Assembly (NCBI GenBank): GCA_026387455.1 | Contig: JAPLLR010000016.1 | Location: 6,358 to 70,357 of the forward strand | Reading direction: 5' to 3' | Source of the DNA: Candidatus Omnitrophota bacterium | GTDB taxonomy: Bacteria > Omnitrophota > Gorgyraeia > Gygaellales > Profunditerraquicolaceae | Length of the DNA stretch: 64,000 nt | Notes under the pieces: model-generated | The model's input: only the letters and a program-made list of their open reading frames with translations | The model's database searches: none | Told to the model about the DNA's origin: nothing | Program-made: the position numbers and the translations under genes | Shown: positions 43,526 to 53,465 of the stretch, piece by piece | Layout of the letters: each line of letters starts with the position of its first letter | Numbering within the stretch: the stretch's first letter is position 1

Positions 43526-45034
43526 ATGCCAGAGAAAATAATTATATTCGACACAACATTACGCGACGGAGAGCAGGCTCCGGGAGCATCGCTCACCTCC
43601 CAGCAGAAGTTGGAGATTGCTTTTCAGTTGGAGAAGCTTGGCGTGGATGTCATTGAGGCAGGTTTTCCTATTGCCTCGCCTGATGACTCCAGGGCTGTTT
43701 CCATGGTGGCTAAGAATATTAAAAACAGCGTTATTTGCGGACTGGCCCGTTGTCTTAAGCAGGATATTGACGCAGCACACGCTGCTTTAAAAAACGCAAA
43801 ACATCCGCGTATCCATTTGTTTCTGGCTACTTCTAAGATCCATCTGCAGTATAAATTCAAGAAAGCTGAAGATGAGATACTGGAAATCGCCAAATACGCC
43901 ACTAAGATGGCGCGTAAACTTTGCGCGGATATTGAATTTTCTCCTGAGGATGCCACCCGCTCCGAGCGCGATTTTCTTTTTCGGGTGATTGAAGCGGTGA
44001 TCAATGAGGGCGCACGCACTATCAATATCCCGGATACTACTGGTTACAGCTATCCGCAGGAAGCCTTCTCGCTGATTACGGATATCAGAAATAACGTTCC
44101 GAATATACATAAGGCAGTGATCGCTACCCATTGCCATGATGACCTGGGCATGGCGGTTGCAAATTCTCTTTCTGCGGTATTGGCCGGGGCTCGGCAGGTT
44201 CACTGCACCATCAATGGTATTGGCGAGCGCGCAGGCAATGCTGCGCTTGAAGAAATCGTGATGGCTATTAAGACCCGTAAAGACGCTTTCAACGGATTGT
44301 TTACCCAGATAAATACAAAAGAACTTTTTCGCACCTCGCGTTTGGTGAGTAATCTTACTGATTTTATTGTCCCCTGGAATAAAGCTATCGTCGGTAAAAA
44401 CGCTTTTCGTCATGAATCAGGAATTCATCAAGATGCCGTGCTTAAGAAGCGCATCACCTATGAGATCATGGATCCTAAGGACGTAGGCATTGCCGAAAGC
44501 CAGCTGGTTCTGGGAAAACATTCCGGCAGGCACGCGTTTAAAGACAGGCTAAAGACTCTCGGGTTTCATTTAAGCGATGAGCAGTTGGAAAAAGCTTTTA
44601 TACGTTTTAAAGAAGTCGCGGACAAGAAAAAAGATATCTTTGATGATGATTTGCGTACAATAGTGCAAGATGAGATCAGCGTAATCAAGCCTATTTGGCA
44701 GCTTAGCAGTTTTGAAGTAAATTCCGGCACTAAAGTCAAGCCTCAGGCCACAGTTTGCCTGCTTAAGAAAGGGAAAGATTGTTGTGGAACATCTTCGGGT
44801 GACGGCCCGGTAGATGCCTGTTTTAAAGCTATTGATAAAGTCACCGCCTATAAAGCAAGGCTTGAAGATTTCCGTCTGGAAGCAGTCACTTCCGGAAAAG
44901 ACGCGCTGGGACAGGTTAGCCTTAAGCTTAGAATCAAAGATAAGATCATCGGCGGTCGCGGCTCAAGCACTGATATCATCGAAGCAGCTATCCGCGCTTA
45001 TCTTGACGCCGTAAATAAATTAGAGAGCAAATGA
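43526..45034 (+). CDS. leuA: 2-isopropylmalate synthase
   Basis: DTTLRDGEQ, HCHDDLG, HESGIHQD, GPVDA. Confidence 0.93.
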   Translation: MPEKIIIFDTTLRDGEQAPGASLTSQQKLEIAFQLEKLGVDVIEAGFPIASPDDSRAVSMVAKNIKNSVICGLARCLKQDIDAAHAALKNAKHPRIHLFLATSKIHLQYKFKKAEDEILEIAKYATKMARKLCADIEFSPEDATRSERDFLFRVIEAVINEGARTINIPDTTGYSYPQEAFSLITDIRNNVPNIHKAVIATHCHDDLGMAVANSLSAVLAGARQVHCTINGIGERAGNAALEEIVMAIKTRKDAFNGLFTQINTKELFRTSRLVSNLTDFIVPWNKAIVGKNAFRHESGIHQDAVLKKRITYEIMDPKDVGIAESQLVLGKHSGRHAFKDRLKTLGFHLSDEQLEKAFIRFKEVADKKKDIFDDDLRTIVQDEISVIKPIWQLSSFEVNSGTKVKPQATVCLLKKGKDCCGTSSGDGPVDACFKAIDKVTAYKARLEDFRLEAVTSGKDALGQVSLKLRIKDKIIGGRGSSTDIIEAAIRAYLDAVNKLESK

Positions 45035-45873
45035 CCCATCAGAAGATTTTTGGCTTGATCGGCTATCCGGTCAAACATAGTCTTTCCCCCTTGATGCACA
45101 ATGCCGCATTCTCCCGCTTTAAAATAAAAGCAAAATATAAACTTTTTCCCCTAGAAGAACGCCAGCTTAAGGATTTTCTTTCCGGCTTAAAGAAAAAAGG
45201 TATTTGCGGCTTGAATGTCACTATTCCCTATAAAGAGAAGGTGCTTGATTATATCAAGTCCACTTCTGAGGGGGTGCGGATAATTAGAGCGGCAAATACT
45301 CTAGTTATCGATAAAGCCGGTAAAATAAGAGCGCATAATACTGACTGTTTGGGCTTTGCCCGGCATGTCAAAGAATTAAAAGTTAAGCCTAAAAAAGTTG
45401 CGATTATTGGGGCAGGGGGAGCGGCTAAAGCTGTAATCTTTGCTCTTATTAAACTTAAAGCGCAGGAGATTTGTATTTACGATATTGATAAATTCCGCGT
45501 CCTGGCTTTGGTGAAAAGATTTAATCAGTTGTTTTCCGGCGGTCGGGTGAGGGCAGTGGCGTGCATAGATGAGCTTTCACTTTCGGACAAAGATCTATTG
45601 GTCAATACTACACCTATCGGCATGAGGGAAACTGATCCTTTGCTGATCGAGCCGCGCAATTTACATAAAGATCTTTTTGTCTATGATCTTATTTACAATC
45701 CGGCTGAGACTAAGCTGTTGAGTACGGCCAAAGTTGCCGGGTGCAGGTATTCAAATGGGTTAGGAATGCTTTTATATCAGGGGGTGGAGGCGTTGGAGAT
45801 TTGGTTAAAACCAAAGAAAGCGCCGGTGGAAGTGATGCGTGCGGCGCTTCTAAAAGGAGTCAGTAAACTATGA
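45031..45873 (+). CDS. aroE: shikimate dehydrogenase
   Basis: HSLSP, NVTIPYK, NTD, GAGGAA. Confidence 0.94.
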   Translation: MTHQKIFGLIGYPVKHSLSPLMHNAAFSRFKIKAKYKLFPLEERQLKDFLSGLKKKGICGLNVTIPYKEKVLDYIKSTSEGVRIIRAANTLVIDKAGKIRAHNTDCLGFARHVKELKVKPKKVAIIGAGGAAKAVIFALIKLKAQEICIYDIDKFRVLALVKRFNQLFSGGRVRAVACIDELSLSDKDLLVNTTPIGMRETDPLLIEPRNLHKDLFVYDLIYNPAETKLLSTAKVAGCRYSNGLGMLLYQGVEALEIWLKPKKAPVEVMRAALLKGVSKL

Positions 45874-46679
45874 TTGGGAGCATTATTGCGTTTTTATTCG
45901 GTTCGATTATCGGAAGTTTTTTGAATGTCTGTATCCATCGTATGCCTACGGGTGAATCAGTAGTCTGGCCAAGTTCTCACTGTCCGCACTGTAAGAAGCG
46001 TATCCCGGCTTATGATAATATTCCCTTTATAAGCTTCTTAATGCTTGGCGGTAAATGCCGGTTCTGTAAAATTGGTATATCCTTACGTTATCCGTTGGTA
46101 GAATTACTTACCGCGGTTATGTTCGTGATACTTTTTCGGCGCTATGGCTTAAGCTACGATTTTTTCTGCTACGTGGTATTTACCTGCGGTCTGATCATCG
46201 CCACTTTTATCGATATTCCGCACCGTATCATTCCTGATGAGATCTCAGTCGGCGGCTTGATAATTGGTTTTATCCTTGTTTCGGTCAAAGGTTTTAATTT
46301 TAACCCTTTCAGTTTCAGCTTCAAGCCTATGCTGAATTCTTTACTCGGTATTCTTATAGGTGGAGGGATAATCTATCTTACAGGATATATATTTGACTTG
46401 GTTTACTTTAAGTTGTTAAAGCGGCCTCCTATACAGGGAGAGACGGAGTCCATGGGCGGAGGGGATGTTAAGCTTTTGGCTATGTGCGGAGCGTTCCTTG
46501 GCTGGCAGAAGGCAGTGCTTACCTTTTTTCTTGCTCCGTTCTTTGGGGCAGTAATCGGGATCATTAATTTGGTGACTAAAAAAGACCACACCATTCCATA
46601 CGGCCCGTTTTTATCTTTGGCGGCTTTGATTTCTTTATTCTGGGGCAACGGGCTTATCGAATTCTTTATCGGACGATGA
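45870..46679 (+). CDS. pilD: prepilin peptidase
   Basis: GSFLNV, two CxxC, MGGGDVKL, PYGPFL. Confidence 0.93.
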   Translation: MIGSIIAFLFGSIIGSFLNVCIHRMPTGESVVWPSSHCPHCKKRIPAYDNIPFISFLMLGGKCRFCKIGISLRYPLVELLTAVMFVILFRRYGLSYDFFCYVVFTCGLIIATFIDIPHRIIPDEISVGGLIIGFILVSVKGFNFNPFSFSFKPMLNSLLGILIGGGIIYLTGYIFDLVYFKLLKRPPIQGETESMGGGDVKLLAMCGAFLGWQKAVLTFFLAPFFGAVIGIINLVTKKDHTIPYGPFLSLAALISLFWGNGLIEFFIGR

Positions 46680-48475
46680 GCATTGATTCTCTTGATAAAT
46701 GGAACAGGATTGGCCGTCAAAAGCGTTCTGGTGTACTGGTTCCACTATTTTGCATATATTCAAAGAACAGCATCGGTATTGGAGATTTCTCGGATCTGAA
46801 ACTGTTGGTTGATTGGGCAAAAGAAACTGGAAATTCTATAATCCAGCTTCTTCCCATGAACGAGGTGGGTTCGGTTTTTTGCCCTTATGATGCCCTGAGC
46901 GCTTTTGCGCTTGAACCTTTATATTTATCCTTCAGCGATATTCCCGCCGCTCAGGGTGCGGTATTCTCTACCCTAATCGCTCAACTTAAGAAAAAATATC
47001 CTGCCGGAAAGCCCCACATAAATTACGCCATTAAAAAAGAGAAGATCGCGCTTTTAAGAGAAATATTCTCCGGTGAGTATGGCCGCGAGAGCGCAGATTT
47101 TCAGTGTTTCATGGATAGCCAAGGGTACTGGTTGGATGATTTCGCGCTTTTTAAGGCTTTAAAGAATTTTCATCATGATGCTGCCTGGTTTGACTGGCGC
47201 GATGAGTATAAATACCGCGACCGGCAATCTATTCAGCGTTTTCGCATTGAGCATGACCAGGAGATCGCTTTTCAGAAATGGCTGCAGTGGCAGACGTATC
47301 TGCAGTTTAGGGCTACTAAAGCTTATGCCGCCAAGAAGAATATTCTTTTAAAAGGAGACTTGCCGATTTTGGTCTCCCGTGATTCTGCGGATGTTTGGCA
47401 GCATGCGGAGTTTTTCAGGTTGGAGTTTGCCGCCGGTGCGCCACCGGATATGTACTGCGCCAAAGGCCAGCGCTGGGGCATGCCCACCAACAACTGGGAA
47501 CAGATTCGCGCTGACGGGTTTAGGTATATTTGCGAGAAGCTTAAATACGCAGGAAATTTCTACGACATCCTGCGCATTGATCATGCGGTGGGGTTATTTC
47601 GTATCTGGAGCATCCCTTATGATGATGCACCAGAGAATCATGGTTTAAACGGTTTTTTTGATCCAGGAGATGAAGGCTGTTGGGGAGCTCAGGGAAGAGG
47701 TATCTTAGAGACTATGCTTTCTAATACCGGGATGCTGTTGTGCGCCGAAGATTTAGGGATTATTCCGCGGGTGTGTATTGATACTTTAAGAGATTTAGGT
47801 ATCCCGGGAAATGACGTGCAGCGTTGGGTAAAAGACTGGGATAACCGCCACGATTTTCTTGAGCCTAAAGAATACCGCGAGCTTTCGGTGGCCATGCTTT
47901 CAACGCATGATACTACCAACTGGCCGGCTTGGTGGGAAAATGAGGCGGGTACGGTTGATGAAGCTCTTTTTATGCGTAAGTGCAAGGAGCGGAGCATTGA
48001 CTATGAGTTTGTGCGCAGGCAATTGTTCGATCAAAAGCTTTCCGGCCACGGTAGGCTGCGCTGGAAATCCAACGTTGATTCCGTGGATAAGCTCTGCGGT
48101 GTTCTTGGAAAGCGCAAAGAAGAAGTGAATGATTTTGTGGATCTATATCTTAACACTTATCAGGAGAAAGTTAAGCTTTGGAAGCATCTCGGTTTCTCCG
48201 GCGCAATGCGAGAGAAATGGGATAGCAAGATCACCGAGGCTGCACTTACGGTGTCTTTGCAATCCAAGGCGATATTCTGCATTAATACGGTTTTTGACTG
48301 GCTGTATCTGACGGATTGCTTCTCAGGAGATCCTTACCAATACCGAATCAATACCCCCGGTACCATCAGCAAGTCTAATTGGTCTTTGACCATTCCCGTT
48401 CCCCTCGAGAGATTGATTAAGGATAAGGTAAACAAAAAAATCCTCACCCTGGTCCAGTCTTCGGGCAGAAAATAA
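46676..48475 (+). CDS. malQ: 4-alpha-glucanotransferase (GH77)
   Basis: GIGDF, GAPPD, RIDH, AEDLG, THD. Confidence 0.9.
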   Translation: MSIDSLDKWNRIGRQKRSGVLVPLFCIYSKNSIGIGDFSDLKLLVDWAKETGNSIIQLLPMNEVGSVFCPYDALSAFALEPLYLSFSDIPAAQGAVFSTLIAQLKKKYPAGKPHINYAIKKEKIALLREIFSGEYGRESADFQCFMDSQGYWLDDFALFKALKNFHHDAAWFDWRDEYKYRDRQSIQRFRIEHDQEIAFQKWLQWQTYLQFRATKAYAAKKNILLKGDLPILVSRDSADVWQHAEFFRLEFAAGAPPDMYCAKGQRWGMPTNNWEQIRADGFRYICEKLKYAGNFYDILRIDHAVGLFRIWSIPYDDAPENHGLNGFFDPGDEGCWGAQGRGILETMLSNTGMLLCAEDLGIIPRVCIDTLRDLGIPGNDVQRWVKDWDNRHDFLEPKEYRELSVAMLSTHDTTNWPAWWENEAGTVDEALFMRKCKERSIDYEFVRRQLFDQKLSGHGRLRWKSNVDSVDKLCGVLGKRKEEVNDFVDLYLNTYQEKVKLWKHLGFSGAMREKWDSKITEAALTVSLQSKAIFCINTVFDWLYLTDCFSGDPYQYRINTPGTISKSNWSLTIPVPLERLIKDKVNKKILTLVQSSGRK

Positions 48476-48484
48476 ATTTTAATC

Positions 48485-49150
48485 ATGACAAAGCGCAAAT
48501 TCAAGCCGGCTGCGGTGATATTCGATATGGACGGCGTGCTGGTAGATTCTATGCCGTATCACTTTATCGCCTGGTACGAGGCGCTGCAGCCTTTGGGTAT
48601 CCGGGTGAGTGCCTTTGAGGTGTATGAGAGGGAAGGAGAGCGCTGGGAAAAGTCTTTGCGTGATTTTATCACGCAGGGCGGGCTTAAACCCACCCCGGAG
48701 CTGATGAGGAAAGTATTCCTGCGCCGTCGCAGGATTTTTCGCAAATATTTTAAACGCACAATATTCTCCGGGGTAGAAGAGTGTTTATGCGCATTGAAGA
48801 AAAAGGGTTTAATTCTCGGGATTGTTACCGGCACACCCATGCCGCAGCTGAAAAAAATACTCCCACGCAAGATACGATCCTATTTCGATACTATTGTTAC
48901 CGGAGATTTGGTGAAAAAAGGCAAGCCGCATCCCGAATCATTTTTAAAGGCAGCAAAGAGTCTTAATTTAAAGCCATTCCAGTGCCTAGTCATTGAGAAT
49001 GCGCCTCTTGGTATCAAATCCGCAAAGGCAGCGGGTATGTATTGCCTGGCCATCACCACAAGCCTCCCGAAAGCCTACCTTATGGAAGCGACTACGGTAG
49101 TAAGCAGTCTTAAAGACGTCGTCGCGGTTTTAGGGCGTTTTCGAAAATAA
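48485..49150 (+). CDS. HAD-family phosphatase (beta-PGM-like)
   Basis: FDMDGVLVDS, GKPHPE. Confidence 0.85.
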   Translation: MTKRKFKPAAVIFDMDGVLVDSMPYHFIAWYEALQPLGIRVSAFEVYEREGERWEKSLRDFITQGGLKPTPELMRKVFLRRRRIFRKYFKRTIFSGVEECLCALKKKGLILGIVTGTPMPQLKKILPRKIRSYFDTIVTGDLVKKGKPHPESFLKAAKSLNLKPFQCLVIENAPLGIKSAKAAGMYCLAITTSLPKAYLMEATTVVSSLKDVVAVLGRFRK

Positions 49151-49163
49151 ATAAAAATCCCTA

Positions 49164-49191
49164 TTGCAAAATTCTGAAATCGTGCTAATAT
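49164..49191 (+). promoter_or_regulatory. promoter of speD cassette
   Basis: TTGCAA-16 bp-TAATAT with TG. Confidence 0.5.
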
Positions 49192-49228
49192 CGAGTTATT
49201 ATTCTACAGCTTTTATTTTTTTGGGCAG

Positions 49229-49591
49229 ATGATGATGAAACGCAAAAGCAAAATAAAAGTTCCGTATTACGAGCATCTGATGGCTGATTTGGAGACCGGC
49301 TGCATCGTCGATGATATTCAGCAAGTCGAGGATATTCTTTACGTGGCCGCAAAGAAAGCCAATAGTACTCCGTTAAAAGTCGCGGTGCATAAATTCTCCC
49401 CTCATGGCATAACCGGCGTGATCCTCCTCGCCGAATCCCACATCGCAATACACTCCTGGCCTGAGTTCAATTACCTTGCCGTAGATATTTTCACCTGCGG
49501 TAGGAATGGCCGGCCGCGCAAAGCTTTGGAGTATATTCAGAAGTGCTTCCAAGCCAAGGAAATAAAAGTCCAGGAAATAAAAGAAGGATAA
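49229..49591 (+). CDS. speD: S-adenosylmethionine decarboxylase proenzyme
   Basis: F.PHGITG, LAESHIAIHSWPE, DIFTCG. Confidence 0.9.
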   Translation: MMMKRKSKIKVPYYEHLMADLETGCIVDDIQQVEDILYVAAKKANSTPLKVAVHKFSPHGITGVILLAESHIAIHSWPEFNYLAVDIFTCGRNGRPRKALEYIQKCFQAKEIKVQEIKEG

Positions 49592-49596
49592 CCCCC

Positions 49597-50484
49597 ATGC
49601 AAAGAGGCGTGACCTTTAAGACTGATGAGTGGTTTATCGAGAATTCTTTTCCCGGGGTGCGGCGTTGCAAGACCGACGCCTTCCGCATCCAGAAAAAGAT
49701 CCTAAGCGGTAAGACCAAGTATCAGGAATACTTAATTTTTGAGAGTCCGGGATTCGGCAAGATCCTTGCTCTTGACAGGATCATCCAGCTGTCTCAGTCC
49801 GATGAGTTTATCTACCATGAGATGATCGCCCATGTGCCGCTATTGACTCACTCCGATCCAAAGCGATTTCTCGTTGTTGGCGGAGGAGACGGTGGAGTAT
49901 TGCGCGAGAGCGTCAAGCACCCCTTAAAAGAGCTTTATATGGTGGATATCGATAAGGAAGTCGTGGCTATGGCTAGAAAATATTTGCCTTTTATATCAAA
50001 CGGCGCATTTAATGATTCGAGAGTTAATCTTTTGTTTGCAAATGGCAAGACTTTCATAAAGGAGCATAAGAATTATTTTGATTGTATTGTGATAGATTCC
50101 ACTGACCCCGTCGGTCCGGGTAAAGCGTTGTTTGAGGCTTCATTCTATCGCGATGTAGCCAAGAGCCTGACCAAAGATGGTGTGGCGATATTCCAACTAG
50201 GGCCATTCTTAGATTTTAACCTGATAATTAAAGGAACAGCCAAGAAGTTAAAGCGGTTCTTCCGCTATGTGAATCTTGAGCGCTTAGCTATGCCGTCTTA
50301 CAGCTGCGGCTGCGAGTATTGTTTTATTCTTGCCTCTAAGACCGTTGATCCTACGAAGCTAAGCGTGTCCGTCATCAGGGGCAGGGCAAGAAAAAGGCTT
50401 GGGTCTAAGCTTGATGCCCTCAAGTATTATACTCCCGAAGTGCACCATGCCAGCCTGGTCATGCCAAAGCTCTGGCAGCTTTAA
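49597..50484 (+). CDS. speE: polyamine aminopropyltransferase
   Basis: DEFIYHEMIAH, VGGGDGG, DSTDPVGP. Confidence 0.92.
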   Translation: MQRGVTFKTDEWFIENSFPGVRRCKTDAFRIQKKILSGKTKYQEYLIFESPGFGKILALDRIIQLSQSDEFIYHEMIAHVPLLTHSDPKRFLVVGGGDGGVLRESVKHPLKELYMVDIDKEVVAMARKYLPFISNGAFNDSRVNLLFANGKTFIKEHKNYFDCIVIDSTDPVGPGKALFEASFYRDVAKSLTKDGVAIFQLGPFLDFNLIIKGTAKKLKRFFRYVNLERLAMPSYSCGCEYCFILASKTVDPTKLSVSVIRGRARKRLGSKLDALKYYTPEVHHASLVMPKLWQL

Positions 50485-50487
50485 ATA

Positions 50488-51489
50488 ATGAAGCGCAGTT
50501 TTAATATTTTAGTCCTTGGAAACGGCCGGATTGCCCGCGCCGTTTCTTTTTATCTGGGTAAGTCTCGCCTCGTAAAAAGCGTTACTCTTGACTCATCCGG
50601 AAAAAATGCCGCTAAATTCGACCTTTTGTTGGGGGCTTTTCCCGGAGACCTCGGCACAATCCCCCTGAGGCTCGCTTTAAAGCACAGGATTGACCTTATC
50701 GATATTTCCGACGTAGAGCCACAGGTGTATCTTAAGAATAAGCGCCTGATCGAAAGCCGCGGGATCACCGTGATTCCCTGCTGCGGTTTTGGCCCCGGGC
50801 TGATAAACTTTATTTTAGGAAGAGAGCTCGCTGATCGGAAGAATATTGATACTGTCCAGATCAAGGCTGGCTCTTTATCGCCCAAGCCCAATTATTTTCC
50901 ATTTCTTTGGTGTTTTGAGGATTTGGTGCTTGAACACAGAATTCCCTCCTGGCAGGTTATTAACGGTAAGACTTGTAAGTTTGGGCCGTTTGCTCGTTGT
51001 CAGAGAGAGAGTTTTTTTGGTATTGAGTCGGAAAGCTATTTTGCCCAGAGCGGTTTTGAGAATATGATGCAGGGTGTCCGGGTGAAGAATTTCTCTTTCC
51101 GGGTAGTGCGGCCGAGAGGCTTTAGAGAGTTTTTTTATTATCTTGAGAGCGAAGGGTTTCTAACAAGCGCGAATATGCTGATCACCAAGAATATTGTCGA
51201 GAAAGATGTACGGGATAACATCACTCTGGCTACCATTAGCCTGACAAAAAAGCGTAAGAAAATCATTTGGCTGATGAAGTCGCAGTCAAGGCGCAAAGAG
51301 CGCCTTAATTCCATGCAAAAGATTACCGCAGTCACTCCCGCTGCCATGGCGCAAGCGCTTATGTCAGGAAGCATCAAAGAGAAGGGCCTGCTTTTCATGG
51401 AAGAGCTGGGAAAAGACGCGCGTTTATTTGATTATTTGCTTAAGGCAAATAGAATTGAAGGTATTATTATTTCCAGAAAGGGTATTTAA
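50488..51489 (+). CDS. saccharopine dehydrogenase-like oxidoreductase
   Basis: GNGRIA Rossmann motif, CGFGPG, SMQKITA. Confidence 0.7.
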   Translation: MKRSFNILVLGNGRIARAVSFYLGKSRLVKSVTLDSSGKNAAKFDLLLGAFPGDLGTIPLRLALKHRIDLIDISDVEPQVYLKNKRLIESRGITVIPCCGFGPGLINFILGRELADRKNIDTVQIKAGSLSPKPNYFPFLWCFEDLVLEHRIPSWQVINGKTCKFGPFARCQRESFFGIESESYFAQSGFENMMQGVRVKNFSFRVVRPRGFREFFYYLESEGFLTSANMLITKNIVEKDVRDNITLATISLTKKRKKIIWLMKSQSRRKERLNSMQKITAVTPAAMAQALMSGSIKEKGLLFMEELGKDARLFDYLLKANRIEGIIISRKGI

Positions 51490-51492
51490 TCT

Positions 51493-52026
51493 ATGATCAT
51501 GCATTCATATATCAGCGATAAAGTCAAAGTCGTGACTTCTTCAGTTGACCGCCGAGGAGTGTTCGCTCTTAAGCTTATCAAAAAAGGAGAAGTTATTTCC
51601 GTCTACGGGGGCCATATCATCACCCAGAAGGAATACAATAATTTGGCAAAAAGCTGCTTTCGCCACATCCATGATTATGCGATCAAGGTCGCCGACGGAT
51701 TTTATCTGGTTTCTTCCAAAGGCGGACGACTTGAGGATGATGATTTTTTTAATCATAGCTGCGATCCCAACGTCGGCATCAAAGGTCACTTGTTGATGGT
51801 GGCGATACGGGATATTTTGCCCAAAGAAGAGCTTACTTATGATTATGCTATGACTGATGCTGCCATGGATTACGCCTTCAAATGCAACTGTCAGGCTTCT
51901 AACTGTCGTAAGGTGGTCAGTGGCAGCGATTGGAAGAAGCCTGCTATTCAGCGTAAGTACAAAGGATTTTTCTCCTGGTTCGTGCAGGACAAGATCGACC
52001 GCTCCAAATCTTCCCGCAGAAAGTAA
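51493..52026 (+). CDS. SET-domain methyltransferase with post-SET Cys cluster
   Basis: GVFA, FNHSCDPN, EELTYDY, CNCQASNCR. Confidence 0.9.
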   Translation: MIMHSYISDKVKVVTSSVDRRGVFALKLIKKGEVISVYGGHIITQKEYNNLAKSCFRHIHDYAIKVADGFYLVSSKGGRLEDDDFFNHSCDPNVGIKGHLLMVAIRDILPKEELTYDYAMTDAAMDYAFKCNCQASNCRKVVSGSDWKKPAIQRKYKGFFSWFVQDKIDRSKSSRRK

Positions 52027-52048
52027 TCCGTCCACTATTTTACTTATA

Positions 52049-52428
52049 TTATTGTTTAGCGGGTCCTGCCTTGGCTTGTCCTGCGCGCGGCTTATTGCCG
52101 TGCTCGGATCAAGCCAAGTCACCCGTTAAACCTATCAGCCATTATAAATTAGCAAGCTAATTTCTTCAGCTGGCGGGAGGCTTGGATTGATTTCGAGCGG
52201 GGTATTGGACGCCTCGCTCAAAGCGACCCTCGTCACCCTTGACTGAAAGCTTCAGTTGGCGGAAGGCTTGGCTTGGTTTCGAGCAGGGCATGGAAGCCCC
52301 GAGCGGGCAAGGTTGCCCCTCATTTCACATATAGGGCAGAGCGAGGGGCTGGAAATGAGCGCAGGTGCGGCACGCTGGGCCGCACCAAGCGTCCCTGCGA
52401 GAAACAAGACAAGACTACCGCCATGAGT
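52049..52428. repeat. family E long structured repeat, copy 2
   Basis: Matches 22808-23160; has its own ~60-nt insert at ~52290-52349. Confidence 0.9.
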
Positions 52429-52535
52429 CCGCGAGAAACAGGACAAGGCAGACGCTAAGTTTGCATGGCTTAGGGTGATATTTTAGCTAAATAAAAGTTG
52501 ATTTAGGCTTGATTTATGCTAAAATCAATCTTCCC

Positions 52536-53465
52536 ATGATCAATATAAATAAGGTCAAAACATACTCGCTTAAGACGCGCCTGAGCAAGGTAAATTTTAA
52601 GGATTTTGCCAAGTCTCCGGCTAAGAAGAAGAGCTTTGTTTCTTTTTACGGCTCTTTGCCGAATATCTTAAAAGCCAAAGACTTACGTTGCGTTGTTGAG
52701 GCAATTGTCAGGGCCCATAAGTCCAAGAAAGCTGTGATTTATATGGCCGGCGCGCATGTGATCAAATGCGGCCTGAACCCGGTTTTAATAGAGCTCTTAA
52801 AGAAGAAAATTATCACCTGTATTTGCTTAAACGGCGCCGGTATAATTCATGATTTTGAGTTGGCTTTTCAGGGTAAGACTTCCGAGGATGTTGCGGAAAA
52901 TCTTAAAGACGGCAAATTCGGCATGGGTAAAGAGACCGCGGATTTTCTAAATGAAGCGGTGAGCGTTGGTGTTGTTCAAGGGTTTGGCCTTGGCCAGGCA
53001 GTGGGCAAAAAAATCAGCGATTCTAGGCTTCCTCACAAGAATTTAAGTTTGCTTTACAACGCTTATAGGTATAACGTCCCGGTCTGCGTGTTTGTGGCTA
53101 TTGGCACGGATATTATCCATCAGCATCCTTCTTTTGATGCTTCGATGACTGCCGAGGGGTCATTACGCGATTTTCATGTACTGGTTGAAAATATCTCAGG
53201 ACTGAATAACGGCGGCGTAGTTCTGAATTTCGGTTCGGCGGTGATTATGCCGGAAGTTTTTTTAAAGGCGCTTAATCTGGCGCGTAATCTGGGTAAATCC
53301 GTTAAGAATTTTACTACCGCAAATTTTGATATGATCTATCAATATCGCCCGGCGCAGAATGTGTGTCTGAGGCCGGTGCTTTCCGGGGGCATTAGTTATT
53401 ACATTATTGGCCATCACGAGATAAATTTACCGTTACTGGCGCAGGCTGTAATAGAAAAGATATGA
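52536..53465 (+). CDS. conserved hypothetical protein, deoxyhypusine-synthase-like fold
   Basis: GAHVIKCG, NGAGIIHDFE, GTDIIHQHP, GSAVIMPEVFLK; start set at ATG 52536 downstream of a -10 box. Confidence 0.7.
   Translation: MININKVKTYSLKTRLSKVNFKDFAKSPAKKKSFVSFYGSLPNILKAKDLRCVVEAIVRAHKSKKAVIYMAGAHVIKCGLNPVLIELLKKKIITCICLNGAGIIHDFELAFQGKTSEDVAENLKDGKFGMGKETADFLNEAVSVGVVQGFGLGQAVGKKISDSRLPHKNLSLLYNAYRYNVPVCVFVAIGTDIIHQHPSFDASMTAEGSLRDFHVLVENISGLNNGGVVLNFGSAVIMPEVFLKALNLARNLGKSVKNFTTANFDMIYQYRPAQNVCLRPVLSGGISYYIIGHHEINLPLLAQAVIEKI

Noticed and set aside
52252-52458. Small ORFs inside the family E repeat
   Set aside because: They span an insert missing from the other copy; no RBS or protein motif.
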